Source: an uncultured virus (IMG/VR IMGVR_UViG_3300027754_005401)
Taxonomy: Duplodnaviria > Heunggongvirae > Uroviricota > Caudoviricetes
Virus record (IMG/VR): IMGVR_UViG_3300027754_005401
DNA: 64,000 nucleotides
Direction: 5' to 3' (one strand)
A program made the position numbers and the translations under genes. The stretch's first letter is position 1. Each line of letters begins with the position of its first letter. The notes beneath the pieces are model-generated. The model was not told where the DNA came from, did not search any database, and worked only from the letters and a program-made list of their open reading frames with translations. Below, one piece after another: positions 18,968 to 28,933 of the stretch.

Positions 18968-19525
18968 TTAAATAAAATCATTCCCCCAATTTTTTCTTAT
19001 TTCATTAATAAGTCTTTCTTTATTCTTTTCTTTTACTAATTGATTTTCTTCAATTATTTTTTTATTTTTTTCAATTATTATTTTCTTTGAATGATGATAT
19101 AAAGATTCTATTGTAGGTTCCCAATTTCCATCTGGATTATAAACAATTAAATTACTTGATTCTTCGTGATATTTTAAGTATCCTTTATAATAAAGTTTTA
19201 TTTCAGAATCAGAATTTAAATATTTAATTTCTAATCCATTTCCATATCTTAAACCATCGTACCATAAACCAATTTGATAGGACACATTGTTTTCTGAAAA
19301 TGTTTTAACTTCATCATCTTCTTTATCGTAAAATCCATCGTTTATATCTAGTAAATTTTCTGTTTCCGAACCTTCGTTATCATAAATAATAGGATCTCCA
19401 AGAGCTTGACAAATTAACGCTAGCTTGCCTTGTGTTCCCATTAAATCTTTATTGATAGCTTCTACTATTCTTTGTTGTTTTATTTTATTATTTATGTCCA
19501 TACGGATATCTATAATTAGAGACAT
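18968..19525 (-). CDS. Hypothetical protein
   Basis: 185-aa ORF; start could be ATG at 19501. Confidence 0.6.
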   Translation of the reverse strand: MSLIIDIRMDINNKIKQQRIVEAINKDLMGTQGKLALICQALGDPIIYDNEGSETENLLDINDGFYDKEDDEVKTFSENNVSYQIGLWYDGLRYGNGLEIKYLNSDSEIKLYYKGYLKYHEESSNLIVYNPDGNWEPTIESLYHHSKKIIIEKNKKIIEENQLVKEKNKERLINEIRKNWGNDFI

Positions 19526-19551
19526 TTTTTATTTTAACAAAAGGAGTAGTT

Positions 19552-21150
19552 ATGTTTGATTTAATAAAGTCTATAATTGATAATATTTTTGTTTTAGTTG
19601 GATTTAAAAAATCAAAAAAAGAAACTTGTCTTTTCAATAACAAACCAACAGTTCAATTGCTTAATGATCCAACAACACCAAGACTAAAAATTTCTAAAGT
19701 TATTATTCCAGCAAATTTTTTAAACTTTACTGTTAAAGGATTTAATTCAACAGGAAATATTTTATTGAGTGAATCTTGGCAAAAAGAAAATGTTTATGCA
19801 AACATTAATGGTGCATTGGCTTACCTTAAACAATATTTTCCTCAGAATGTTAATAAATGGGCAGCAGTAAACAGTTTGACTGTTGATACTAGAGCAGGTA
19901 ATGATGCAAATGCATATTACGATAGAAGGAATTTAAAGTTTTTTTATTTTAATGCCAATAAAAAAACTATTTATACATGTGATTCTGCTGATGTTGTAGT
20001 ACATGAATTAGGCCATGCTATATTAGATTCTATCAGACCAGATTTTTGGAATTTAGCAGCATTTGAAATTGGTGCATTTCATGAATCTTTTGGTGATTTA
20101 ACTTCATTATTAACTTGCCTTAGTTATGATCTATGTTTAAATTCTGTTTTAAAAGATACTAATAATGATTTGAGTAAATCAAATTTTGTAAGTAAACTTG
20201 CAGAACAATTTGGTGTTTCATTAAAAATTGGTAATTCATTAAGAAATGCCTTGAATGATTATAATTATGTTGATCCAAAAACATTGCCTTATGATGGCAA
20301 TGGATTGATTCAAGAAATTCATAGTTTTTCTCAAGTATGGACAGGAACATTTTATGATTTGCTAGTTGAATTTTTTAATTTGTATGGTAAAAATTATGCT
20401 GCTTTAGTTAAAGCTAGAGATTTATCAGCAGAATTTTTGTATAATGCAATTCAAAACACACCATCAAATCCTAATTTTTTCAAAGCTTTAGCAACTAATT
20501 ATATTTCATACGATTTAACAAAATATAATTCTCAATATAATTCTATTTTAATAAAAGTTTTTACAAAAAGAAATTTAATTTCTGCTTCTTTATCTGATTC
20601 TTTGACAAATAATAAATTTAATATTATGAACGAGGGAAACAATATATTATTTAAAGAAGAAAAATTTGTTTCTTTAGATGCTAAAGAATTCGATATAAAT
20701 ATTGATGAATTCAATGTTCAAATTGCAGCCGATACTTACAAGCCAAAAAACAATTCGTTTAACATGCTTTCTATTGAAAATAATATAGATGAATCTTTAG
20801 AAGCAGCAAAATTATTTGTTAGATATTTAAAAAACAAAGATAGTATTGGCAATAATAAAAATCAATCTTGGGAAATTGATTCAAAAACAAATTTATTGAC
20901 AAGAAAATTTTCTTGTTATGGTGATTTGGGATTTATTAACAATTGCACAATTGAAGGTCAGCCAGAGTTTGGCAAGTGTTGGAAAGCAGAAAATAATTCT
21001 GGTTGTTGTCCTTTTGGTTGTAAAACAACCACAGAATCATCAATTCCAGAAAAACCTGTATGTAGCATAAGCTATAACAGCTGCAATAAAAGTTCTTATA
21101 TTAGCTGCAACGGAACAGTTAATAGTGTTTGTAATTGTAAAACAAGATAA
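19552..21150 (+). CDS. Zinc metallopeptidase (thermolysin M4 / fungalysin M36-like) with Cys-rich C-terminus
   Basis: NAYYD, DVVVHELGHA (HExxH), HESFGD (third ligand Glu), EIHSFSQVW. Confidence 0.85.
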   Translation: MFDLIKSIIDNIFVLVGFKKSKKETCLFNNKPTVQLLNDPTTPRLKISKVIIPANFLNFTVKGFNSTGNILLSESWQKENVYANINGALAYLKQYFPQNVNKWAAVNSLTVDTRAGNDANAYYDRRNLKFFYFNANKKTIYTCDSADVVVHELGHAILDSIRPDFWNLAAFEIGAFHESFGDLTSLLTCLSYDLCLNSVLKDTNNDLSKSNFVSKLAEQFGVSLKIGNSLRNALNDYNYVDPKTLPYDGNGLIQEIHSFSQVWTGTFYDLLVEFFNLYGKNYAALVKARDLSAEFLYNAIQNTPSNPNFFKALATNYISYDLTKYNSQYNSILIKVFTKRNLISASLSDSLTNNKFNIMNEGNNILFKEEKFVSLDAKEFDINIDEFNVQIAADTYKPKNNSFNMLSIENNIDESLEAAKLFVRYLKNKDSIGNNKNQSWEIDSKTNLLTRKFSCYGDLGFINNCTIEGQPEFGKCWKAENNSGCCPFGCKTTTESSIPEKPVCSISYNSCNKSSYISCNGTVNSVCNCKTR

Positions 21151-21170
21151 AAACTCTTAGAAAGGATTAT

Positions 21171-21293
21171 ATGTTCGATGAAATACTTTTTTTCTGTGCT
21201 GGTTTACTTGTTGGTTGGAATTTAATACCGCAACCAACTTGGGTTAAATTACTTTATGATAAAATAATGTCAAAATTATTTCAAAATTCATAA
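21171..21293 (+). CDS. Small membrane protein (40 aa)
   Basis: Manual translation MFDEILFFCAGLLVGWNLIPQPTWVKLLYDKIMSKLFQNS; RBS gaaagga; single hydrophobic helix followed by GWN..PQP.W. Confidence 0.7.
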   Translation: MFDEILFFCAGLLVGWNLIPQPTWVKLLYDKIMSKLFQNS

Positions 21294-21314
21294 TTTATTT
21301 AAATTGATCAATAT

Positions 21315-21354
21315 ATAACAAAAGAAATTTATTTAAATAAATTTCTTTTGTTAT
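21315..21354. repeat. Perfect 40-bp palindrome
   Basis: ataacaaaagaaatttattt|aaataaatttcttttgttat, no spacer. Confidence 0.9.
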
Positions 21355-21403
21355 TTTGTGTTTTAAAATATAATAAATTATGTTTTCTAAAAGGGAGGAA
21401 ATT

Positions 21404-21820
<417 letters not shown>

Positions 21821-21861
21821 ACAAGAAGCATATAGAAACTATTAAAAAAGGCGGTGTACAA

Positions 21862-23154
21862 ATTAAAACTATCATTGTGATTGGTGCTGGAATTTCTGGA
21901 TTATCAGCAGCTAAAAGCTTGAAAACAAAAGGTTATAATGTTACTGTTCTTGAAGCTAAAAATTATATTGGCGGAAGAATTAAAACACATGATTTTAATG
22001 GTATAAAATTAGAAATGGGAGCTTCTTGGGTACATGGACAAATTGGTAATCCTGTAGGAAAAATTGTTAAAAAACAAGGAGGAAGGCTTGTTCTTTCAGA
22101 TTATAAACCTCATATTTACTATAATAAAAAAAATAAAAAATTTAATTTTAAAAAAGGAATTCTTAAGAAATTTTATGATAATTTAAAAGCTATTAAAAAA
22201 GACAAAGTTGACCAATCAATACTTAATGCTTGGAATACTTTTGTAAAAGAATCATTAAAAAATTCAAAAAAATATACTCCTTCACTTATTGGCGATTTAT
22301 TTCAAACCATTATATATGATTTTCAAGCTGAGGTTGGAGGTGATTTATCAGAAATTTCTGCTCAACAATGGGATGAAGATGGCGAACTTGAAGGAGGAGA
22401 TCACTTAGTTTTAAAAGGATATGAAAGAGTAACTGAATTTTTAGCTAATGGTTTAAATATAATCTTGAATACACCAATTAAAAAAATTGAAGATAATAAA
22501 AAATCTGTTAAGGTAACAACAGTAGGAGGCACTGAATACATTGCGGATTATGTTGTTGTTTCAGTGTCTTTAGGAGTGTTAAAAAGCAACTCTATTACTT
22601 TCATTCCTGCTTTACCTAAAAACAAGAAAATTGCTATAGATACAATTAAAATGAGTAATTTTTTAAAAACTTGGTTAGTTTTTGAAAAAGATTTTTGGAG
22701 CAACGCACAAGATATACAGTTTTTTACAAATCATTTATTTTTAGATTTTTTTAACCCTTTATCAGTATCAGCTAATCACTCGGCATCTTTTAAAAATCCA
22801 ATTTTATTGGCAATGCATGGAGGAAAACAAGCTGAAAAGGTTAGAGGACTTACAAGTGATCAGATCTCACAAAAAGTTTATAATGTACTTGAAAAAGTTT
22901 ATGGTGGAAAAACAACAAAACCTACTGTGCATCAGAGTTCATGGCATAACGATCAATATACATTAGGAAGTTATTCGTTTATTCCAGTTGGAGGCAATAT
23001 AAGCATGTATGATGATATGGCCAAACCATATGGAAAAATTTATTTTGCTGGGGAGCATACATTTGGTAGATTTCATGCAACAACACATGGTGCATTTTGG
23101 TCTGGTAAAAGAGCAGCAATCGAAATAGATTCTAGAATTTCTTCAATCATTTAA
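21862..23154 (+). CDS. Flavin-dependent amine oxidase (MAO/polyamine oxidase family)
   Basis: KTIIVIGAGISGL..A, EA...IGGRIKT, EMGASWVHG, GSYS, FAGEHT...TTHGAFWSGKRAA. Start inferred at ATT 21862; ORF track gives GTG 21877. Confidence 0.9.
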   Translation: MKTIIVIGAGISGLSAAKSLKTKGYNVTVLEAKNYIGGRIKTHDFNGIKLEMGASWVHGQIGNPVGKIVKKQGGRLVLSDYKPHIYYNKKNKKFNFKKGILKKFYDNLKAIKKDKVDQSILNAWNTFVKESLKNSKKYTPSLIGDLFQTIIYDFQAEVGGDLSEISAQQWDEDGELEGGDHLVLKGYERVTEFLANGLNIILNTPIKKIEDNKKSVKVTTVGGTEYIADYVVVSVSLGVLKSNSITFIPALPKNKKIAIDTIKMSNFLKTWLVFEKDFWSNAQDIQFFTNHLFLDFFNPLSVSANHSASFKNPILLAMHGGKQAEKVRGLTSDQISQKVYNVLEKVYGGKTTKPTVHQSSWHNDQYTLGSYSFIPVGGNISMYDDMAKPYGKIYFAGEHTFGRFHATTHGAFWSGKRAAIEIDSRISSII

Positions 23155-23625
23155 TTTTAATTGAATGTTTTTAACCATAGATATTCTTATGCTTTTTAAA
23201 TTTAATATTCCAATAGCCTTGTCTTTAAAAAAACCATTCGAATGTAAATGTTGAATCATGTAAAACAAATAATTAGGATCAATTTTATTAGATGTAACTT
23301 TTATTCCAATTTTTTCTTTATCAAAATGTTTATTTGGTTTTCCTACTTCTTCAACAGAACCTTTTCTTGTTATCCAAAAATTAGCTTCTGGTAAATTAAC
23401 TTTAACATTTGCTATATCTGAAAATTTTAAAATTTCATTATTTTCTAGCTTGTAAAATTTAGGTTTGGGTTTTCTTTTTCTAATACCAGTTGGTGGCAAG
23501 TTACTGAAATCATAATTTAATCCAGGTCCACCTAAACCATTAATCCAACTTGAAATTGCTTGATTGCTAACACCATCTTGATTGTTTGTCGCAATTTCGT
23601 TTAAAAATTTTAAAAATGATTTCAT
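23143..23625 (-). CDS. Putative head-packaged protein with a C-terminal domain resembling a type I RM specificity (TRD-like) domain
   Basis: Start revised to MKSFLKFLNE; C-terminal FSDIANV...IDPNYLFYMIQ...G...LKSIRISMVKNIQL pattern. Confidence 0.5.
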   Translation of the reverse strand: MKSFLKFLNEIATNNQDGVSNQAISSWINGLGGPGLNYDFSNLPPTGIRKRKPKPKFYKLENNEILKFSDIANVKVNLPEANFWITRKGSVEEVGKPNKHFDKEKIGIKVTSNKIDPNYLFYMIQHLHSNGFFKDKAIGILNLKSIRISMVKNIQLKLND

Positions 23626-23647
23626 AATATTACTAATATATATCATT

Positions 23648-24154
23648 ATGAACAACAAAAATACTTGGAATGGCGTTTTAATTATTGATGAATTTATCGT
23701 ATACAGAGATAAAAAAATAATTTATAAAGAAAATAATATTAATAATATTTTTCATTCTAGTGGGCAGTTTTATTTTTTGAAAATATTATTTAAGCATTTA
23801 AGTGCTCCTAATAATTATTATTTAGGACTGGATAACAGAAGTGTTGTTACCTTAGAAAACACTCTTGAATCTATTGAAGGTGAACCAGTAGGAAAAGGAT
23901 ATATAAGACAATCTGTTTCTTCTAATAATTTTCAATTAAATCAAGGACAAAATGGAAACTATAGAGTTGTTGGCCCAACAGTAACATTTAACGCAACTAC
24001 TAACAAATGGGGTCCTGTTAAAAATATATTTCTTACAAATTCTTCTTCGGGAACCGATGGACATTTAATTTCTTCTGCTAATTTAGCTGAATCTATAACT
24101 TTAAATCCTCCAGATTCAGCAACATTGAAATTTGCCTTTGCTTTTTCTAATTAG
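23648..24154 (+). CDS. Putative virion structural protein (tail-associated family)
   Basis: YYLGL...EP.GKGYIRQ...VTFNA...WGPV..IFL...G.LI pattern seen in phage tail-region proteins; start revised to MNNKNTW. Confidence 0.55.
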   Translation: MNNKNTWNGVLIIDEFIVYRDKKIIYKENNINNIFHSSGQFYFLKILFKHLSAPNNYYLGLDNRSVVTLENTLESIEGEPVGKGYIRQSVSSNNFQLNQGQNGNYRVVGPTVTFNATTNKWGPVKNIFLTNSSSGTDGHLISSANLAESITLNPPDSATLKFAFAFSN

Positions 24155-24542
24155 ATTTTAAATAAAAAGAACTTAATAATTCTTTTTTGTTTATAAACTT
24201 AATATAATGTATGAATTTAACATTTGTATTTTTATTTAAATCATAAGTATTTAATGAACTAAAAAAATTATTTTTTTCTAAAGTTTTTTTATTTTTTAAA
24301 TTAATTGAATAACAATTATTTTCACAAGATATTGTTTTTTCTTTTTTATCAAATAAAATTTTATATTTTGTAAATATTTCTTCAATATTATTTTTGTGCT
24401 TTTCATTTATAAATGAAGATTCAAAAAAAGATCCATATGCTTCAAAGCTTTGTTGTTTTTTAATTAAAGCTAACTTTTCTTCTTCAATTACAATTGTGTG
24501 ACAAATTAAATATAATTTTGATTCAGGTTTTTTAACTTTCAA
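24147..24542 (-). CDS. Hypothetical protein
   Basis: TTG-start ORF directly downstream of the nuclease gene. Confidence 0.45.
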   Translation of the reverse strand: MKVKKPESKLYLICHTIVIEEEKLALIKKQQSFEAYGSFFESSFINEKHKNNIEEIFTKYKILFDKKEKTISCENNCYSINLKNKKTLEKNNFFSSLNTYDLNKNTNVKFIHYIKFINKKELLSSFYLKSN

Positions 24543-24544
24543 GA

Positions 24545-25315
24545 TTATCCTTTTTTAAAAAATGGACAGATATCATTATAATCGCACCTTCTGCAATGTT
24601 CTCCGACATTTCCATGTACTTCGTCTGGATCTTTATTTATGATTTTTTTGTAAGTTTCAATTAAAGTTTTTTTGCAATTTTGTAAAGTTTCTTCGCTAAA
24701 GCTTACTGATATTAATTCACATCCATCAAGATAAAACAAAGCTAAAACAATATTTTCTGCTTTTATATTAAACAATTCTTTTACAACTAAAGCATAAGTT
24801 TGCATTTGCAAATCGCTTTTAATTGTAAATTTATTTTTTCTATAAGGCCCTTTTTTAGTTGTTTTATAATCAATAATAAATATCTTATCGTTTTTTTTAA
24901 TTAATCTATCTATGAATCCATATGCAGTTATATTATTAGGTGGATCTAAATCAAGTTTGAATTCAAATTCTAAATCACCATCAAATCCTAAGTATTCAGT
25001 TATATTTTTAATGGCTCTTACATGATCGCCTATTTTTCTTTGATAGGCAATTGGCAAGCTAATTTTTGATTTATTATCAGAATCTCTCTGTATAGCAATA
25101 TTTCCTTCTATTATATTTTTAATATAATGTTCTAAAGTATTGCTGCCTTTTGATTCGACATATAATTCGGCCCCTTTATGAATAATTTGACCGTATGTAA
25201 AATAAATTTGTTGCGGTTTATTTGAAACTACATTAAGATGATATCGGTATTTATACTGCTGTTCGCATAAATCCCAACACTGTTTTCTACTTACGCTTAA
25301 ATGTGAAATTTTCAT
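24545..25315 (-). CDS. PD-(D/E)XK nuclease (RecB/AddB/Cas4-like exonuclease)
   Basis: LSVSR..W..CE.QY, G...HK..E, GFIDRL, IIDYKT, QMQTY, C-terminal CRRCDYNDICP Fe-S cysteines. Confidence 0.9.
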   Translation of the reverse strand: MKISHLSVSRKQCWDLCEQQYKYRYHLNVVSNKPQQIYFTYGQIIHKGAELYVESKGSNTLEHYIKNIIEGNIAIQRDSDNKSKISLPIAYQRKIGDHVRAIKNITEYLGFDGDLEFEFKLDLDPPNNITAYGFIDRLIKKNDKIFIIDYKTTKKGPYRKNKFTIKSDLQMQTYALVVKELFNIKAENIVLALFYLDGCELISVSFSEETLQNCKKTLIETYKKIINKDPDEVHGNVGEHCRRCDYNDICPFFKKG

Positions 25316-25343
25316 ACTGTATTTTACACTATTGGAAATAATT

Positions 25344-26345
25344 ATGCAAATTAGTTTTGATGCTTTTAAAGATTGGGCAGATAAAAGATTTTCCAACATC
25401 TTAATAAAAGGCAATGAAATTAGATTAAATTCTATTTTTTCTGAAGATAAAAGTCATCATATGTGGTGTAATCCTTATGGTGGCAAAAAAACTATAGATT
25501 ATGGGGTTTATCATTGTTTTAAAACAGATAAAAAAGGAACTTTGATTGGTTTGGTTATGGAAGTAGATAAGTGTGATTTTTATACCGCATTAAGGATTTT
25601 AAAAGGCGATGCAAGGGTAAGTAATAAACCATTGAATAAAATATTAGATTTTTATGATAATAAAATTTATTCTAAAGTAAGAAAAATTAATTTCCCAGAA
25701 CATTGTTTTAAAATTGATGAATTTTCAAATGATAAAATTCATCAAAATGCAATCGAATATTTAAATAAAAGAAAAATTGATTTTAAAGATTTTTATGTTT
25801 GTTTGAATGGAAATTACAATAATAGAATTATTATACCTTATTTTAATGAAATGAAAGAATTAATTTATTTCAATTCTAGAGCGTTGCATGAAACAAAATT
25901 AAGATATTTAGGGCCACCAAAAACAATTGGCGTAGGCAAAGAAGATATTCTTTATTTCCCAAGCATTCCAACATCAAAGAAAGTTTACCTTACAGAAGGC
26001 GAATTTGATGCTTATTCGTTAAAAACATGTGGGTTTAATAGTGCAGCTTGTGGAGGTAAAAATTTATCTGATATTCAAGCATCTATGTTATCTACTTTTA
26101 AAATTTGTCTTTGTTTAGATTTAGATAATGCAGGTACTACCGCTTTGAAAAGCATGAAAAATAAGTTAGATGCTTTTAATTCTTCTGGATCAAAAAATAG
26201 AATTACTATAATTAGACCAGCAGAAGGGTATAAAGATTGGAATGAAATGCTTGTTAAGTTCAACATAGATGTTGTAAATGCATATATTGAAAAACACGAA
26301 AAATTATTTTCTTTAAGTGACTTTGGAGGCTTCAATGAATTCTGA
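25344..26345 (+). CDS. DNA primase (DnaG/TOPRIM type)
   Basis: Degenerate Zn-binding region YHCFKT, YLNKRKI, RIIIPY, RYLGP, TEGEFDA, LDLDNAG, KDWNEM. Confidence 0.88.
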   Translation: MQISFDAFKDWADKRFSNILIKGNEIRLNSIFSEDKSHHMWCNPYGGKKTIDYGVYHCFKTDKKGTLIGLVMEVDKCDFYTALRILKGDARVSNKPLNKILDFYDNKIYSKVRKINFPEHCFKIDEFSNDKIHQNAIEYLNKRKIDFKDFYVCLNGNYNNRIIIPYFNEMKELIYFNSRALHETKLRYLGPPKTIGVGKEDILYFPSIPTSKKVYLTEGEFDAYSLKTCGFNSAACGGKNLSDIQASMLSTFKICLCLDLDNAGTTALKSMKNKLDAFNSSGSKNRITIIRPAEGYKDWNEMLVKFNIDVVNAYIEKHEKLFSLSDFGGFNEF

Positions 26346-26634
26346 TATTAAAAAAATATTTTTAAATAAAATTTGTACCATAATATTAAAACCAATTAAT
26401 AGAAACTTTAACGAAGAACAAAACATTAATTATTTTGTTGGATCTGTTATTGATATTAACGAAGAAGGAATCTTAATGGAACACCCAGAAAATAAATGTA
26501 AAAGTTTTTTTTATAAAAATTCTATTATTGGTTTGGCAGAAGAATTAGTTGTTTATAAAAAAGATGAAGTAAAAAATAAGAATTTTAATCCTTATGAAAA
26601 CATAGATGATTTGACGGATGTTATTAAAAAATAA
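26335..26634 (+). CDS. Hypothetical protein, possibly Sm/LSm-like beta barrel
   Basis: FLNKICTIILK...FVGSVIDINEEGILM...FFYKNSIIGL resembles Sm1/Sm2 strand patterns. Confidence 0.45.
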   Translation: MNSDIKKIFLNKICTIILKPINRNFNEEQNINYFVGSVIDINEEGILMEHPENKCKSFFYKNSIIGLAEELVVYKKDEVKNKNFNPYENIDDLTDVIKK

Positions 26635-26636
26635 TA

Positions 26637-27446
26637 TTAAATATCTGGTATACCAAGACATCCAATTGTTATTCTTGATAGAAAAATATCAAGATCTTTT
26701 TTGTTATAACTGTCAATGTTTTCTTCTATGCATCTATAAAGATCATCAACTTTATTCTCTTTGATAGTTAAAATTATTTTTTTATTTAAAAGTTCTTCAA
26801 ATTTAGTAATTTGATTTTTAATATCAACTACAAAATCTTTTCTATCAAGATTATTTAACAAGTCTGATATTTTTTCTTTTATTTCTTTAATTTTTTCAAC
26901 TAAATATAAATCTGGTTTAGTAGCTTCTTCTGGTTCTTCTGGTTCTTCTGGTTCTTCTGGCTTGCTTGGTTCTGCTAGTTCAGAAGAAGGTTCTACAGTA
27001 ACTTTTTTTGCTGCTTCGTATCTTTTTTCGTTTTTTAAAACATTAATAATTACATTTAAAGTATTTTCAATTTCATTTATTTTATCTGATATTTCTTGAA
27101 CCATTTTATCTCGACTCAATTCAATTGAATAATAATTAGATTGATTCCAAGTTTTTATAGCATCATAAATTAAATTATATGTTTTTTCATCAAGACAAAA
27201 ATCAGGAATGTTGTTGTAAACTGGCTTCTTTTTTCCAAATAATTTTTCTAATACAGTTTTTTTTTCAGAATCAACATCTGGATTCTGTGTTTTTATTTCA
27301 GATTTGCATTTCTCTTTTAAATCATTTAGAAATTTATTATAAGACGGAAAATTGTCATCAACAAAACTTCTTGTTTTGCCAATAAATTCTCTTTTTAATT
27401 CTTTCAAAGTTGAAACAAGATTATATAACTGTCTTAAGTTTGCCAT
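26637..27446 (-). CDS. Hypothetical helical protein with EEP repeat linker
   Basis: 269-aa ORF containing PEEPEEPEEPEE. Confidence 0.55.
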   Translation of the reverse strand: MANLRQLYNLVSTLKELKREFIGKTRSFVDDNFPSYNKFLNDLKEKCKSEIKTQNPDVDSEKKTVLEKLFGKKKPVYNNIPDFCLDEKTYNLIYDAIKTWNQSNYYSIELSRDKMVQEISDKINEIENTLNVIINVLKNEKRYEAAKKVTVEPSSELAEPSKPEEPEEPEEPEEATKPDLYLVEKIKEIKEKISDLLNNLDRKDFVVDIKNQITKFEELLNKKIILTIKENKVDDLYRCIEENIDSYNKKDLDIFLSRITIGCLGIPDI

Positions 27447-27449
27447 GTA

Positions 27450-27917
27450 CTATATATTATTTTTTTTTAAAAAGCTTCCGATTTTTTTCAAAGACATTAT
27501 TTTTGAATCGAAATCATGAAAATCACTATTTGTATACTGTATGTTTAATTCATTGAATTGAGATTCTTCTTCGTTTGAAACAACATCAAAATAAAAACTT
27601 TTTCCTATTTTGCTTATTAATTTAAACTTATGCATTAAAAGATATGCAGCAACTCCTAAATCAGTAACAAAGCAGTCTGAGTTGCTTTTAATATTAAAAT
27701 CTTGTAATTTTTTAAGTCCCATTAAACAATGATCAAAGTAATGAAATTCACTTAATAGATAGCTAACAATTAATTCATCAAATTTAAGTTCATCATTTTC
27801 ATTAATTTCAAAAAAAAATATTTTTTCTTTTTTACCTAATAAATTAAACTTATTCATTAGCAAATAAGCTGAAATTCCTAAATCTGCTTGTGATTTAACT
27901 ATTTTATTATTTATCAT
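27450..27917 (-). CDS. Protein with two tandem copies of a small domain (DUF5659-like)
   Basis: DLGISAYLLMNKFNLL...FFF...SEFHYFD...LKK and DLGVAAYLLMHKFKLI...FYF...SDFHDFD...LKK; ATGA-coupled to the actin gene. Confidence 0.65.
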   Translation of the reverse strand: MINNKIVKSQADLGISAYLLMNKFNLLGKKEKIFFFEINENDELKFDELIVSYLLSEFHYFDHCLMGLKKLQDFNIKSNSDCFVTDLGVAAYLLMHKFKLISKIGKSFYFDVVSNEEESQFNELNIQYTNSDFHDFDSKIMSLKKIGSFLKKNNI

Positions 27918-28924
27918 GATAAGGATGCCTCTGCTGCAATATAACAGCCTCTAGTTACACTAAACAAAGGATCAGGTGGCATTATTACATTTCCAATTGG
28001 AATGCTTAAATCGGCACTTTTAATTGTTTGTTCAAATATTTCTTTAAATCCATCTATACTTGCAGTTCCACCAGCTACAACAAAATCAATTGGTTCAGCA
28101 ATTCTTACTGATTTACCAGCATTTGCTAATCCATTCTTAATACCGACTACAGTTTTTTCAATCATCAACTTATATTGAGTTTGTATTGCTCTTTCAATCA
28201 AGTTTGTTGGTTCTTTTATTAGACTAACTTTCATTTTTTCTTTATTTATGAAAGTTGGGCTTTCGCCAGTAGCCTTTGCAGCTTGTTTATCAATCCAATC
28301 TCCTGAATTTACTATTGCAAATTGAAAAATTGGATTTCCATACATTGCAAAACAAACATTAACCATGCCCCCACCGCAACTACAACTTATACCTGTAAAA
28401 TTTTTATTTCCTAATTCAGCATAGACTAATGCTAATGCTTCATTTATTGGTCTAGATTCTAATTTTGATCCATTGTTAGATTCATAAGCATTAAAAATAG
28501 CTTGTAATACCTTGCTGTGATAATCAGCATCTGTTTCTAAGTTAATTGCATTTGCTGGCACACAATAATACAAAAGAGAATTTTCTTGAATATCACCAAT
28601 TAAACTATGTATCATAATGCTTAAAATTTGAAATGCATCTTTTTCTTTAGGATTCACACATCCATCACACATCGGTCTTTTTAATTCTAAGCTAGGTAAA
28701 GTATAAGCCATGTTTACAGCAGATTCGCCTAATGCATATGCTACCTTTCCTTTTTCAATTAATGGAACGCCTGCATTTTTCATCATGTTGAAAACGAATC
28801 TGTTTTCTAAAGGTAGCTCTAAGAAAGCATTAATTTCTTTTTTGTATGAAAACTCTTCTTTGTTTTTCTTGCTACAAATTAAAGTATATGTGCCAACATC
28901 GAATCCAATAATTGATTTTGCCAT
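27914..28924 (-). CDS. Actin-fold ATPase, volactin-like
   Basis: Phosphate-1 GFDVGT, RPM..G, connect-1 PINEALA, phosphate-2 SCGGGMVN, GDWID, adenosine VAGGTA, connect-2 DPLFSVTRG. Confidence 0.85.
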   Translation of the reverse strand: MAKSIIGFDVGTYTLICSKKNKEEFSYKKEINAFLELPLENRFVFNMMKNAGVPLIEKGKVAYALGESAVNMAYTLPSLELKRPMCDGCVNPKEKDAFQILSIMIHSLIGDIQENSLLYYCVPANAINLETDADYHSKVLQAIFNAYESNNGSKLESRPINEALALVYAELGNKNFTGISCSCGGGMVNVCFAMYGNPIFQFAIVNSGDWIDKQAAKATGESPTFINKEKMKVSLIKEPTNLIERAIQTQYKLMIEKTVVGIKNGLANAGKSVRIAEPIDFVVAGGTASIDGFKEIFEQTIKSADLSIPIGNVIMPPDPLFSVTRGCYIAAEASLS

Positions 28925-28933
28925 GACTTCCTT

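Noticed and set aside
24545..25315. Cas4-like nuclease as evidence for a CRISPR-Cas system
   Set aside because: No cas1, cas2, effector genes or array in the window; stand-alone PD-(D/E)XK nucleases are common in phages.
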